Source of the DNA: an uncultured Candidatus Saccharibacteria bacterium
GTDB taxonomy: Bacteria > Patescibacteriota > Minisyncoccia > Portnoybacterales > UBA2143
DNA length: 34,570 nt
NCBI GenBank assembly: GCA_964556655.1
Contig: CAZKWY010000007.1
Span: 1 to 34,570 of the forward strand
Reading direction: 5' to 3'
Below the pieces are notes generated by a model. It ran no database searches, was not told where the DNA came from, and saw nothing but the letters and a program-made list of their open reading frames with translations. The translations under genes were made by a program, and so were the position numbers. This document shows, one piece after another, positions 16,035 through 25,196 of the stretch (positions are counted from its first letter, which is position 1; the number at the start of each line of letters is the position of its first letter).

Positions 16035-16628
16035 TTGAAGACGATTCGTGGACTCAGTGTTGACAGAGTAGAGTGCGTGGATAGAACCCGTAACGTTTTT
16101 CATGGAGTAGACGAGGATACTGGTTTCATCTTCACTGTTAAGCAACCGTCACGAATGGATACACGGGAGCATAAGAAGGCGTGGAACCAGTTAACCGAAA
16201 ACACTGTTAACCATTATAAACGGTTAAACCTAGATGATGAGTATTATGATAGTAAGTATAGGTGTAGTCTCCCAAAGTTTCAGCCAAGTCAACACGGTTT
16301 CCTCCCCCTAGTTATGATTATAGATGGTAACATTGTAGGGTTCGCTGATATGCTGTTCTATAAAGGAGACGAATACATGCTTCATGATATCCCCCTAGAT
16401 GATGTGGGGTGCAGTATGAATCTATGCGTATTAGACTCTTATCAAGGACTAGGAATAGGATACTATTATAGCGTTATGAGTGTAAAGATAGCTAAACATT
16501 TTAAAGCAGACTGGGCGCTAGGGTTCACTGAGCGAGATGGCGCCATGTGGCGTCTCCGTAAGAAACAAGGGTGGACACTAGTAGGGTACTATCAAGGTAA
16601 CTACGTTGTTATAAAGAAACAACTATAA
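16035..16628 (+). CDS. GNAT-family acetyltransferase-like protein
   Basis: 197 aa. Motif-A-like VLDSYQGLGIGYYYSVMSVKIAK. TTG start after GGAGTGA; alternative GTG/ATG starts downstream. Confidence 0.5.
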   Translation: MKTIRGLSVDRVECVDRTRNVFHGVDEDTGFIFTVKQPSRMDTREHKKAWNQLTENTVNHYKRLNLDDEYYDSKYRCSLPKFQPSQHGFLPLVMIIDGNIVGFADMLFYKGDEYMLHDIPLDDVGCSMNLCVLDSYQGLGIGYYYSVMSVKIAKHFKADWALGFTERDGAMWRLRKKQGWTLVGYYQGNYVVIKKQL

Positions 16629-16676
16629 CGGTTATTACCCTTAAATCCCGCCAAACGAATCTATTACTGAATAACA

Positions 16677-17003
16677 GTGGCGTACTGCACGAACACCCAA
16701 GTCAAGGCAATAGTAGACACAGATATGAGCGACGCAGAGGTAACAGAGTATATCACGGAGACAGACGCATACCTCGATGAAATACTTGACACAGGCACAT
16801 TATCAGCGACGATACTACAGATGCTATCAAGACACTACACAGCGTACCGAGTCATGCTTAAAGACCCGAACGCTCGTACAATAGGAAGCTACAGTGAGAA
16901 CCGTTCAGATACAATGAATTTAATGAAAGCAGAGTTCGATCACCTAGTGTTCATGTTCGCAGGAGGCATAGCGTTCACAGCAGCGGGGGAGAGCCTATAT
17001 TGA
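16677..17003 (+). CDS. head-tail connector protein (gp6-like)
   Basis: 108 aa with a GTG start. N-terminal TNTQVKAIVDTDMSDAEVTEYITETDAYLDEILDTGTL resembles the N-terminus of gp6-type head-tail connector/DNA-packaging proteins. Confidence 0.45.
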   Translation: MAYCTNTQVKAIVDTDMSDAEVTEYITETDAYLDEILDTGTLSATILQMLSRHYTAYRVMLKDPNARTIGSYSENRSDTMNLMKAEFDHLVFMFAGGIAFTAAGESLY

Positions 17004-17020
17004 GTAACGTAGAGGAAGTA

Positions 17021-17146
17021 ATGACTGAGCTAGAGGATGAAACAAGGTTCATATTAGTAGACGGGAAACCAGTTAGCCTACAAGCAGTAGTAGATAAAAT
17101 ACTAGAAAAAGACGAGGAAAACACGCGTAGAATAGGGAGCGGGTAA
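17021..17146 (+). CDS. hypothetical 41-aa protein
   Basis: Not in the track. Fills the gap between the connector and head-closure genes. An in-frame TTG at 17000 is also possible. Confidence 0.25.
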   Translation: MTELEDETRFILVDGKPVSLQAVVDKILEKDEENTRRIGSG

Positions 17147-17148
17147 AC

Positions 17149-17496
17149 ATGGCGACAGCATCCCCCTTCATAGACGCTATGGGTGAATCCGCTACACTGA
17201 AAACACGTGCACAGGGAGCAAGAGACGCGGTGACACAGTGGCCTGTTGTCACGTATACGGATAGTACTATAAAGATACTTGTGGATCATAATCAAAGCAC
17301 GATAAGGGAGCTTGGCGGGGAACGTGTCTCGCATCAAGTGTTACGGGGATTCATAAAGAGCAGTATCACGGTGACGGATCAAGACCGTGTAGTGTATCAT
17401 GGGGAAACCTACCTAGTTGAGGGATTAGAGAACGTAGAGTATCATCTAGGGGATGCTTCATATAAATCCGTGACTCTTGTGAGGTTAACCGAGTAA
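17149..17496 (+). CDS. head closure / head-tail adaptor-like protein
   Basis: 115 aa. Called from position and size after the connector gene. GGAGCGGG SD. Confidence 0.4.
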   Translation: MATASPFIDAMGESATLKTRAQGARDAVTQWPVVTYTDSTIKILVDHNQSTIRELGGERVSHQVLRGFIKSSITVTDQDRVVYHGETYLVEGLENVEYHLGDASYKSVTLVRLTE

Positions 17497-17981
17497 TGGC
17501 TGCAACTGATCCACGTACAACTATACGCTCAGGGATAGTAGCAAACCTTGGGAACATTAAGAAAGATGACGGAGTAGCGAACGCCTCAGTTATCCATCTC
17601 TGGTCAGGGGGCGTGGAGTCGTTAAAAGAGTTATTCTATGTAGATGACTATGACATAGTTTTCACATATGATGACCCTCAGAGCACGGGGGTTCGTAGAG
17701 TAGATGAGATACCTGTTCACTATTTGATGACTTACCCTGTTCACGTGTTCACAGCGGATAAGCCTTTAACTGGGGCACTAGTCTGCACCGCGTCGGAGAT
17801 GCAGTATAAGGTAACGTATGCGTTAAGAGACGCTGTAACGGATTTCAGGGAAAGCGCGGCGGGGGCGTCGCCAGCGTATCGGCTTACGTTGATAAGTGAC
17901 AACTCTAATACTGTTCGTGTAGGCGGTGTGCGTTTCTGGGAGACGTTGCATAGATTGGAGTATGAGACGGATTATGGTTAA
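17496..17981 (+). CDS. tail completion / neck-like protein
   Basis: 161 aa. TAATG overlap with the upstream gene. Called from position in the head-tail joining block. Confidence 0.4.
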   Translation: MAATDPRTTIRSGIVANLGNIKKDDGVANASVIHLWSGGVESLKELFYVDDYDIVFTYDDPQSTGVRRVDEIPVHYLMTYPVHVFTADKPLTGALVCTASEMQYKVTYALRDAVTDFRESAAGASPAYRLTLISDNSNTVRVGGVRFWETLHRLEYETDYG

Positions 17982-18004
17982 ACAAGGTAAAGGATTGAGG
18001 AAGG

Positions 18005-18505
18005 ATGGTTGAAACAAAATACGATAAGGTATCAAGTGTGGAGATAGGGCGAACATCAGGTGACTGTGTTGAGATAACTAATGTATTATACTTCAGTGAA
18101 AGAGTGGTAGCGGTGGAGGGTGACATGGTTACGCCTCTCACAGTTATCAACGACTGGAACCCGGGTGGGGTTCATCATAGTCACAAGTATCTTGAACTAG
18201 AGCTTGCTCTTGACTCGGATTGGTTAACGGATACTACGGATAGAACGACTCGTTGGGCTTATACTCAACACGTGGACGCGGCTGATAGTAAACCAGCGAT
18301 AGATGAGGATGGAGCTAATACAGCGATAGAGCATTTCGTGGTTAACGTAAGGGAGCATGATGGAAGCGCTAAGACGCTTACCTACGCGGATGAGGACGCG
18401 AACGTGTTATGGTGTACAGGGGAAACCAGTGAGATAAGTAACGAGGATGATACACGTCATCAACCAGTAACGTTTAGCTTCATATGTCTACAGGATGTGA
18501 GTTAA
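18005..18505 (+). CDS. tail protein (terminator or tube candidate)
   Basis: 166 aa ORF with an ATG start, preceded by GGATTGAGGAAGG. Confidence 0.35.
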   Translation: MVETKYDKVSSVEIGRTSGDCVEITNVLYFSERVVAVEGDMVTPLTVINDWNPGGVHHSHKYLELELALDSDWLTDTTDRTTRWAYTQHVDAADSKPAIDEDGANTAIEHFVVNVREHDGSAKTLTYADEDANVLWCTGETSEISNEDDTRHQPVTFSFICLQDVS

Positions 18506-18506
18506 G

Positions 18507-18932
18507 ATGGCTGAGGGTGCGATAAAACTAAAGAAAATTAAGAGCGTGACAGCGAACGGGGTTACAGATGAAAACGTGTTAGATGTACGTGAAGAACATT
18601 TAATGAACATCACCCCCCAGTTTGTGCCGAACACTTATCAGGGACTAGGTGTACTAGAGAAAGCTAAGTGGCGGCAAATCACGATTATATTTGACAGTGA
18701 CAGCGATGCGTTAGACGCGTCTTACAGCGTCACAGCGGCTAACAGCTCTATAGGCACATCGTTCATAATAAAGTACACGGTTGCGGATGCGGCGGGTACA
18801 GAGGAGTCTTGGACATATGAACACGGTAAAAGCTATGTTATGGGTAAGGAGCCGGGGCGTATTGAGGACGGGGCGGCTAGGAACACGACTGAGTACACGG
18901 TGTTGACTTATGGGACGAGAACAATCTCATAG
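18507..18932 (+). CDS. major tail protein candidate
   Basis: 141 aa beta-rich Thr/Ser-rich ORF. Called from position only. Confidence 0.35.
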   Translation: MAEGAIKLKKIKSVTANGVTDENVLDVREEHLMNITPQFVPNTYQGLGVLEKAKWRQITIIFDSDSDALDASYSVTAANSSIGTSFIIKYTVADAAGTEESWTYEHGKSYVMGKEPGRIEDGAARNTTEYTVLTYGTRTIS

Positions 18933-19188
18933 CCGTGACGTGACGGTTGCCTCTGTTTTAACTAGTCTCCTAGAAGAGGATTATGTGGATGAGTTATCCA
19001 CTCTTGAGATAGAGGTAGCGTTGCTCTCGCTTAGACACGGGTTATCAGTGGATTATGTTATGGATATGAGTTGGGGGGATTACCTAGAACTATACACTCC
19101 TTTAGAGACGCCTAGTGTACGTGTAACTGGGAGATGGGATAAAGTATACTACGGTGAAGCTGCTTTCAGGGGGGATGGGGATGAGTAA
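18910..19188 (+). CDS. hypothetical protein (tail assembly chaperone-like by position)
   Basis: 92 aa acidic ORF that overlaps both the upstream gene and the downstream gene. Confidence 0.3.
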   Translation: MGREQSHSRDVTVASVLTSLLEEDYVDELSTLEIEVALLSLRHGLSVDYVMDMSWGDYLELYTPLETPSVRVTGRWDKVYYGEAAFRGDGDE

Positions 19189-19621
19189 CGTGTTATATAT
19201 ACGGGGGGATGTTCCCTCGGTTATTAATAAACTTGAGACTGTTAGAGATATCCTTGTAGAGAGGGAGTTAAAAGGGTACAGTATGTTTAACTCAGAGTTT
19301 GAGTGGAGATATAAGACGGCGGGAGACACTAGAGTATGCCCCATATGTAACAGTCATAATGGCAACGTTTATAACGGTGAAGAAGTTAAAAACAATTTCC
19401 CTAACACACTCTACCTCGGAAACTACATAGCACACCCAAGAACACATGATAACCCAGATTTCCCTGACGCAGGATACTATAGTGAAGGAAACCGTTTCGA
19501 GGGAGCAATATATAGAAGAAACGGAGCGGATTACGGATGTGGATGTAGGTTACGTCTTCTTCACCCAGCGGAGAGCTTTGAACATATACTTCATAAAGAG
19601 AAAGCGGGGGCGATACAATAA
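19175..19621 (+). CDS. MuF-like (SPP1 gp7 / Mu F C-terminal domain-like) protein
   Basis: The ATG at 19175 lies within the GTG-started track ORF 19154..19621. TAGDTRVCPICNSHNGNVY resembles the D-x-R-V-R-P-x-H core of the Phage_Mu_F domain, and GCGCRL resembles its terminal NCRC motif. Here Cys replaces Arg/His. Confidence 0.4.
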   Translation: MGMSNVLYIRGDVPSVINKLETVRDILVERELKGYSMFNSEFEWRYKTAGDTRVCPICNSHNGNVYNGEEVKNNFPNTLYLGNYIAHPRTHDNPDFPDAGYYSEGNRFEGAIYRRNGADYGCGCRLRLLHPAESFEHILHKEKAGAIQ

Positions 19622-20376
19622 TGGCGACAGAGCGTATAAGAGTAGATATATCACGGGATGACTTAGATAAATACCTCGATGACTTAAGTAAAGTTAGAAC
19701 CGGGACAGAGGAAACAGAGTCAGGTTTACCGGGGATAAGGAAAGAAGTTAATAAGATAAGAAGAGAAGCAGCTGCCTCTGGTTTAAACCTAGATGAGTTA
19801 CCTGCTCTTAACCGTGAGTTAAGGATTATCGGGCGTCTTATACCCGGGTTCACACGTGGCTCTAGCCTATATTTTCAGTTACGGAGACAAGTTAGGGGGC
19901 AGATGGGCACACGTTCCGCTGATGCTTTACGTGAACAGTTAAGCGACCCTAAGTTTATTCAAGACTTGATGACTGAGACAGGGGAAACTGAGAACGTTAT
20001 ACGTAACTTTATCGAGAAACAGATAACCGCTGATTTAATGAAGGGGGCTTTAGCGAAAATCGTTATAGTTGCGGTTATAATTCAATTCATTGTAAAGACT
20101 ATTAGACAAGTAGAGAAAAAGATTGAACGTGAACGCGCTCAGTTTGAGAACGAGATAAGGCGTGACACTGAGCTTACGCATAGACAGTTCCGTGAATTAC
20201 AGGCTGAGCAGATAGGGTTCGCTACGTGGGTAGATCAGTTTGAAGCAGAGTGGGATGAAGAAGGGTTTGTGAATACGGCTGTTAAAACAGTGATAAACCG
20301 TCTTCAAGCACAAGGATACATATTACCGAAGGGAGGGAAATACACGGCGGCTTCGCAAGTTGATCCGTGGCAGTGA
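19621..20376 (+). CDS. tape-measure-like coiled-coil protein with one TM segment
   Basis: 251 aa largely helical protein with a hydrophobic helix (ALAKIVIVAVIIQFIVKTI), located before the large fibre gene. TAATG overlap with the upstream gene. Confidence 0.35.
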   Translation: MATERIRVDISRDDLDKYLDDLSKVRTGTEETESGLPGIRKEVNKIRREAAASGLNLDELPALNRELRIIGRLIPGFTRGSSLYFQLRRQVRGQMGTRSADALREQLSDPKFIQDLMTETGETENVIRNFIEKQITADLMKGALAKIVIVAVIIQFIVKTIRQVEKKIERERAQFENEIRRDTELTHRQFRELQAEQIGFATWVDQFEAEWDEEGFVNTAVKTVINRLQAQGYILPKGGKYTAASQVDPWQ

Positions 20377-20378
20377 CA

Positions 20379-23300
20379 ATGACAGATGTAACAATAACTA
20401 TTGGTGGAAACAACGTTAGTAACAGCGTCATAGACGTAGACATATATAAAAATAAGGATACGGGGATAGGTAACTGTGAGTTAATACTAGATAATGATAG
20501 TGACACATGGGGTGACACGTTTAACCCTAATGACGCTGTGAGTATAAGCATAAACGGTGACCTAGTTTTCACTGGATACGTTGACGACGTTGTGCCGAAG
20601 CTAGAGAAAACAGGTGTCTTAACTAATAGGCTACGGGTTAAAACACGTGACGATGGGAGAATACTTACAGATTACTATGTGACAACCCCTAGATACAATA
20701 AAACCGCAGCAGGAGTTATAATAACTAACATATTATCAGAGGCAGGAGACCCCTTAACCTACTCTGACCCGGGTGGAACGCCTTCGATTACGTATAAATG
20801 TAAACGCACTAAGCTAAGTGACGCTTTAAATGATATAAGTAAACTCTCTGGATGGGATTACTATGTTGACACAACGGGGGAGCTTCACTTCTTTGAAGCA
20901 GGCACCGTTGATAGCGGAGTGGATTTAATCAGTGAAGCAGGGGGAGCGAATAATAATCTTCTCAGCTTCGAGGAGTATGAGAGTATAGGAGTAGATATTA
21001 AGAACTATATTGAGATACACGGTGGCTCGTTGAAGGATCACTGGACAGAGGGAAACGCTAGTGACTGGAGCGTGTTAACTGGGGCAGGTACAACCATGGA
21101 TGATGATGACTCGGTTCATCACCCGTATGGTGACTATAGCGTTGAGATAGTTGTAGCGGATACTGATGAAACGGTTGGATTAGACTTCAGTGGGGGCTTG
21201 TATAGTCAGGGAACTAGTATTGATTTAACTGAGTTCTGTCAATCAACAATCATATTCATACCTAAAGCAGGTTCAACGGGGGCATTTAGTTTTCAGCCTT
21301 ACCTTAAAGACGGTTCTGGTAGAGACATATTCTTCTATAGAAGTAAGGATGATGGAAACGGAAGAACTAACACTGCGTTAGGGGGTGGACTGGACGCTGA
21401 TGTATTTTCATGGAGAATACTTAAGTATCCTATGGGTGAGCATACTGATAACGAGATAGTGGATTCAGGTACAACCACTATGAAGAACGGTAAATGGCAT
21501 GGAAACCCTAACTTTGATTGGAGCGACGTAGAGCAACTAGGATTCAACATACAGGTAAGTGACACCGCTAACGTTGACACAATATACGTTGACATGTGGA
21601 GTATACCTAGCTTAGAAGTTAAAAGCATATCAGAGGACAGCGGAGCAGGAAGCAGTCAAGAAACCTACGGAAAGCGAATGTACAGTGAGTATAAGAAAGA
21701 GTTAACCAGTCAAGGCGAGTTAGATGATTATTCAGCGAAGCAGTTAGCGTTAAAGAAAGACCCTGTGAAGAAGTTTAAAGCATTAGCCGTAGGGGAAACA
21801 GGTACATTATACGCGGCTCAATCAGTAGACGTGTTAGCCCCGGGATACGGTATAGCGGCTCTCACGGATTACATAATAGTTGAGCTTCATCATATACTTC
21901 ATAACGATGACGATGAACGGGGATGGGATTATGTTACAGAGTATGAGTTAGCTGAGTCAGATGTAGACGCTACACGTATCATATACACGGATAACCCCGT
22001 GGAAGCAGAGTTACAAGCACTACGTAAAGCGAATAGAGGATATAAGGGAAGCGTAACTGATGACGATTACTGGATAGGGAACATATCACTAGGAGTAGGC
22101 ACACAGATACTTAGAGGAACAGAGTTCCCAACGGATCAGAACGATGGAGACGAGTTCTTCCTAACCACAGATTATACGGATGGAGGGGGTAACGAGTACT
22201 ATGGCCCAGCGTTATATAAGTATGATGACGATGCTGGTGACTGGGTGCGTAACCCCATAGTCATGCATCGGGGTGCTGACCCTAACGCGGGGGGGGAGGT
22301 TACAGGGGACACGCTTCACCGTACGGATGAGGATAAATGGTATGAGTGGACTGGTGCTGCTTGGAGTCTTATAGAGTTCGCGGCTTCCACGGTTAGCGGT
22401 GAACTTGACGCGGATCAATTATCAATAGAGATGCGTCCATGGAGTCATAACCTTGAACTAAGGTTCTACGAGGACGCTGCAAACGACTACGCGTCACCAG
22501 TTATAGATAGGGTTTACTGGGGGAAAGGAGGGGAATACAGTGAAGGAGTGGACGCGGATGATAGCGGGTTCTCTGAGGTGAATGAAGCTCAGGTAAAGTT
22601 TGACGGGGGAACCACTGTGGATATAAACTCAGGTGACTCTGATGATGATTACCCCGCTGGTTTAGCTGTTGGAAAACATTTCCTGTACTGGGATGAAACA
22701 GAGAAAACGGGGGATGACTATGATCTTCAGATAGCTAGTGGTGTGGATAACTATGGTGACGCTGTTGGCTCAGGGAAGGGACTTATCGCGATAATAGGTA
22801 TAGATGCGTCTGGTACACCTACTCTTATACCTGTTGATAGTTATTTTCCATATCTAGGTGTAGGTGTGTTGAACGCTAACACGGTGTTAAGTAGACATAT
22901 CACTGCAACGGAGTGGATTACAGGTAAAAACTTTCAAACCGCAGTGGATGTAGGGTCTGGTAGTGCGGGAATAAAATTTAATTCAAACGGGATAATAGGA
23001 TACACCGCGGGAGGAGACAAAACTGTTGAAATGGAGGCGGGAACAGGACATTTCATAGCTTACGGTAACGCTGGTGGGGGGGCAGGTTCATTCAGAATAA
23101 ATATTGGTGGAGATAACTATGGGTGGATTAGTTGCCAAGACGATGGAGCAGATGAAGTAGTAGAGATAAGAGGAGACAACCAGATATGGATGAATGTCTT
23201 CGGAGATTTAATTAAATTACTTCCAAACAAAGAAATTCAAGCTAAATCCTATAATATAGAAAATGCACCAGCAGACGACACAGGAACCGGGATAACTAAA

Positions 23301-23678
23301 ACATTCATAGCAACAGAAGCAATAGCAATAGGACAAGCAGTATATTTGGATGATGATGGAGACACATATGCGGAAGTAGGTTTAGCAAGAGCACACTCAT
23401 ACGCTACAATGCCATGTATCGGAATAGCCACATCAACAGCCGCAGCAGATGGGGATACTTTAACGGTGCTTCTATTCGGCGTCATGGAGGACACTTCGCG
23501 TTGGAGTGGATTCGCTAACCCCGGTGACGGAGTATATGTATCAGAGTCCACGGCAGGAGACTTAACAACCACGCAACCAAGTGGTAGCGGGGAACTTGTG
23601 CAACGCGTCGGAGAAGTCACTGATGACGGTGGAGAGTTATTGTTTGCGCCAAACAAGTATATCTTGGAGCTAGCGTAG
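20379..23678 (+). CDS. large tail fibre / host-recognition structural protein (1099 aa)
   Basis: The ATG at 20379 follows the upstream stop; the track start is a GTG at 20367. Gly/Asp/Thr-rich and beta-rich throughout. The N-terminal 100 aa resembles distal-tail/baseplate-type domains. Confidence 0.5.
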   Translation: MTDVTITIGGNNVSNSVIDVDIYKNKDTGIGNCELILDNDSDTWGDTFNPNDAVSISINGDLVFTGYVDDVVPKLEKTGVLTNRLRVKTRDDGRILTDYYVTTPRYNKTAAGVIITNILSEAGDPLTYSDPGGTPSITYKCKRTKLSDALNDISKLSGWDYYVDTTGELHFFEAGTVDSGVDLISEAGGANNNLLSFEEYESIGVDIKNYIEIHGGSLKDHWTEGNASDWSVLTGAGTTMDDDDSVHHPYGDYSVEIVVADTDETVGLDFSGGLYSQGTSIDLTEFCQSTIIFIPKAGSTGAFSFQPYLKDGSGRDIFFYRSKDDGNGRTNTALGGGLDADVFSWRILKYPMGEHTDNEIVDSGTTTMKNGKWHGNPNFDWSDVEQLGFNIQVSDTANVDTIYVDMWSIPSLEVKSISEDSGAGSSQETYGKRMYSEYKKELTSQGELDDYSAKQLALKKDPVKKFKALAVGETGTLYAAQSVDVLAPGYGIAALTDYIIVELHHILHNDDDERGWDYVTEYELAESDVDATRIIYTDNPVEAELQALRKANRGYKGSVTDDDYWIGNISLGVGTQILRGTEFPTDQNDGDEFFLTTDYTDGGGNEYYGPALYKYDDDAGDWVRNPIVMHRGADPNAGGEVTGDTLHRTDEDKWYEWTGAAWSLIEFAASTVSGELDADQLSIEMRPWSHNLELRFYEDAANDYASPVIDRVYWGKGGEYSEGVDADDSGFSEVNEAQVKFDGGTTVDINSGDSDDDYPAGLAVGKHFLYWDETEKTGDDYDLQIASGVDNYGDAVGSGKGLIAIIGIDASGTPTLIPVDSYFPYLGVGVLNANTVLSRHITATEWITGKNFQTAVDVGSGSAGIKFNSNGIIGYTAGGDKTVEMEAGTGHFIAYGNAGGGAGSFRINIGGDNYGWISCQDDGADEVVEIRGDNQIWMNVFGDLIKLLPNKEIQAKSYNIENAPADDTGTGITKTFIATEAIAIGQAVYLDDDGDTYAEVGLARAHSYATMPCIGIATSTAAADGDTLTVLLFGVMEDTSRWSGFANPGDGVYVSESTAGDLTTTQPSGSGELVQRVGEVTDDGGELLFAPNKYILELA

Positions 23679-23679
23679 C

Positions 23680-24810
23680 ATGGTTATACGTTACTATGAG
23701 TTAATGAGCAGTTATTTCAGCCCTAGCTCCGGGTTCACATGGGAAGAGTTTGACTTAACAAGCAGAGGGGTTCCAGCGAATTGTGTAGCGGAGATAGGTA
23801 TAGAGCACCCCAAAGCAGAAGGTGGAAGCGCTCTTGAGCAACGTGCAGGCGTACGTGAGGTTGGTAGTGGTCTTAGCCGTAGAATAGTTTTAAGCCCCTA
23901 TGCGGGAGCACGCCAACGTGCCACTATGAGAGTTAATGTTGATGGTGACAGTAAAATAGAGATATATGGATCGTATCTCACAATACCATCTAATCCTCAT
24001 CCTTATTTTCAAGTACTAGGATACTACACCGGGGGAACATATACAGAGACAAACATAGAACTAGACTTCACGGATAACACATGGCACACAAACGACTTAT
24101 ATACAAGCGATAGCGTACCGAAAGGCTCAGTTGTAGACGTAATAATAGGACCCGGTCGTGAAGGGGGGGTTCAAGAGGTTGGTTTACGTGAGTTCGGTGA
24201 ATCTGGTCGTACTTATCTTATGAAGGACACGTGGTATGATTATGGTGAGAACACGGTTAGCATATATGAGACTACTGACGCTAGTGACGGGAAGATTCAA
24301 ACCTATTGTGAAGACGCTACTTATATGGCGGAGAGTAATATTGTTGCTGGTTACTGGGATAGTAGCATAGAGTACACGGTTATGGATCAGATACTAGTAC
24401 CATCTAGTGCAGCTTCATGGGTTGATCATGATTTGGATACCTATAGTGTTCCAACTAATGTACCGGGGGTGTTTATTCAGTTTAACCGTGAGGATGATAC
24501 GGTTAACACTATTGGTGTGCGTGAGGATGGTAGCAGTTTAACTCGGTACACTAACGTGGATTATGGGGAATACGTTAACCCGGATTACTACGCTACGTGT
24601 GGCACTATGACTTGTCAAGTTACTGGCGCTGATAGTCGTGTTGAGTTATACACTACTGACACTACTTATGGGTATCTGATACTTGACGGTTATCTTAAGA
24701 CTAAGGGGAAACTAGCTAAACTTGATGGAATAAGTCTAGCGGATATAGATAAAATTGATGGTATAGATTTAACGGATATAATCGCTGTTAATAATATTCC
24801 CACAAGCTAG
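23680..24810 (+). CDS. fibre/receptor-binding-like protein with internal repeats
   Basis: 376 aa. Three copies of a G-V-R-E-x-G-S-x-L/R-type module: EQRAGVREVGSGLSRRIVLSPY, GGVQEVGLREFGESGRTYLMKD and NTIGVREDGSSLTRYTNVD. C-terminal DGISLADIDKIDGIDLTDI tandem. Confidence 0.4.
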   Translation: MVIRYYELMSSYFSPSSGFTWEEFDLTSRGVPANCVAEIGIEHPKAEGGSALEQRAGVREVGSGLSRRIVLSPYAGARQRATMRVNVDGDSKIEIYGSYLTIPSNPHPYFQVLGYYTGGTYTETNIELDFTDNTWHTNDLYTSDSVPKGSVVDVIIGPGREGGVQEVGLREFGESGRTYLMKDTWYDYGENTVSIYETTDASDGKIQTYCEDATYMAESNIVAGYWDSSIEYTVMDQILVPSSAASWVDHDLDTYSVPTNVPGVFIQFNREDDTVNTIGVREDGSSLTRYTNVDYGEYVNPDYYATCGTMTCQVTGADSRVELYTTDTTYGYLILDGYLKTKGKLAKLDGISLADIDKIDGIDLTDIIAVNNIPTS

Positions 24811-24852
24811 ATTCTCTACTCTTTTAACCAACCACGCCTATACACTTATAGA

Positions 24853-25194
24853 ATGATAGAAACATCACTACTCGGTATGACAGACTTAGAGACCATATAC
24901 ATGATAGGCATATTCGTAGGCACACTAATACTAGCACTCGCCCCGTATATACGTAAAATAGATGAAGGTAAAGTAACCGAATGGAACCACGCATACACAT
25001 TCGTTATGCTAGTAGCTTTCACCGTAGCGTTTATAGCGAGCTTCATAGTGTTCAGCCTAAACCCGTTAGAAGCAGTTACACCCCCTCTCGCCCTCGCTCA
25101 GGGGTTAATAGTTGGACTCGCGGCTAAGCCCACGGTTGAGGAGCTACTGAAACGATTGGTTCCTTCATGGTTTAAAGACGTTAACGGGGAGTAG
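24853..25194 (+). CDS. small 3-TM membrane protein (holin-like by architecture)
   Basis: 113 aa with three hydrophobic helices and a charged C-terminus. Immediately upstream of the peptidase-like gene. Confidence 0.4.
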   Translation: MIETSLLGMTDLETIYMIGIFVGTLILALAPYIRKIDEGKVTEWNHAYTFVMLVAFTVAFIASFIVFSLNPLEAVTPPLALAQGLIVGLAAKPTVEELLKRLVPSWFKDVNGE

Positions 25195-25196
25195 CG

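Noticed and set aside
15013-16145. ORFs 15013..15240 (+), 15803..15988 (+) and 15918..16145 (-)
   Set aside because: They are alternative frames inside or antisense to the acidic protein and glycosyltransferase genes, with no independent support.
17823-18150. Minus-strand ORFs 17823..18056 and 17905..18150, and 16975..17337 and 17366..17557
   Set aside because: They are antisense to the connector, head-closure and tail genes of the + strand operon.
19102-19853. ORFs 19102..19344 (-), 19401..19853 (-) and 19446..19661 (+)
   Set aside because: They overlap the MuF-like and tape-measure-like genes on the wrong strand or frame.
20282-23656. Minus-strand ORFs 20282..20572, 21335..21628, 22212..22418 and 23249..23656 inside the 1103-aa fibre gene
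   Set aside because: These are antisense shadows within a 3.3-kb continuous ORF.
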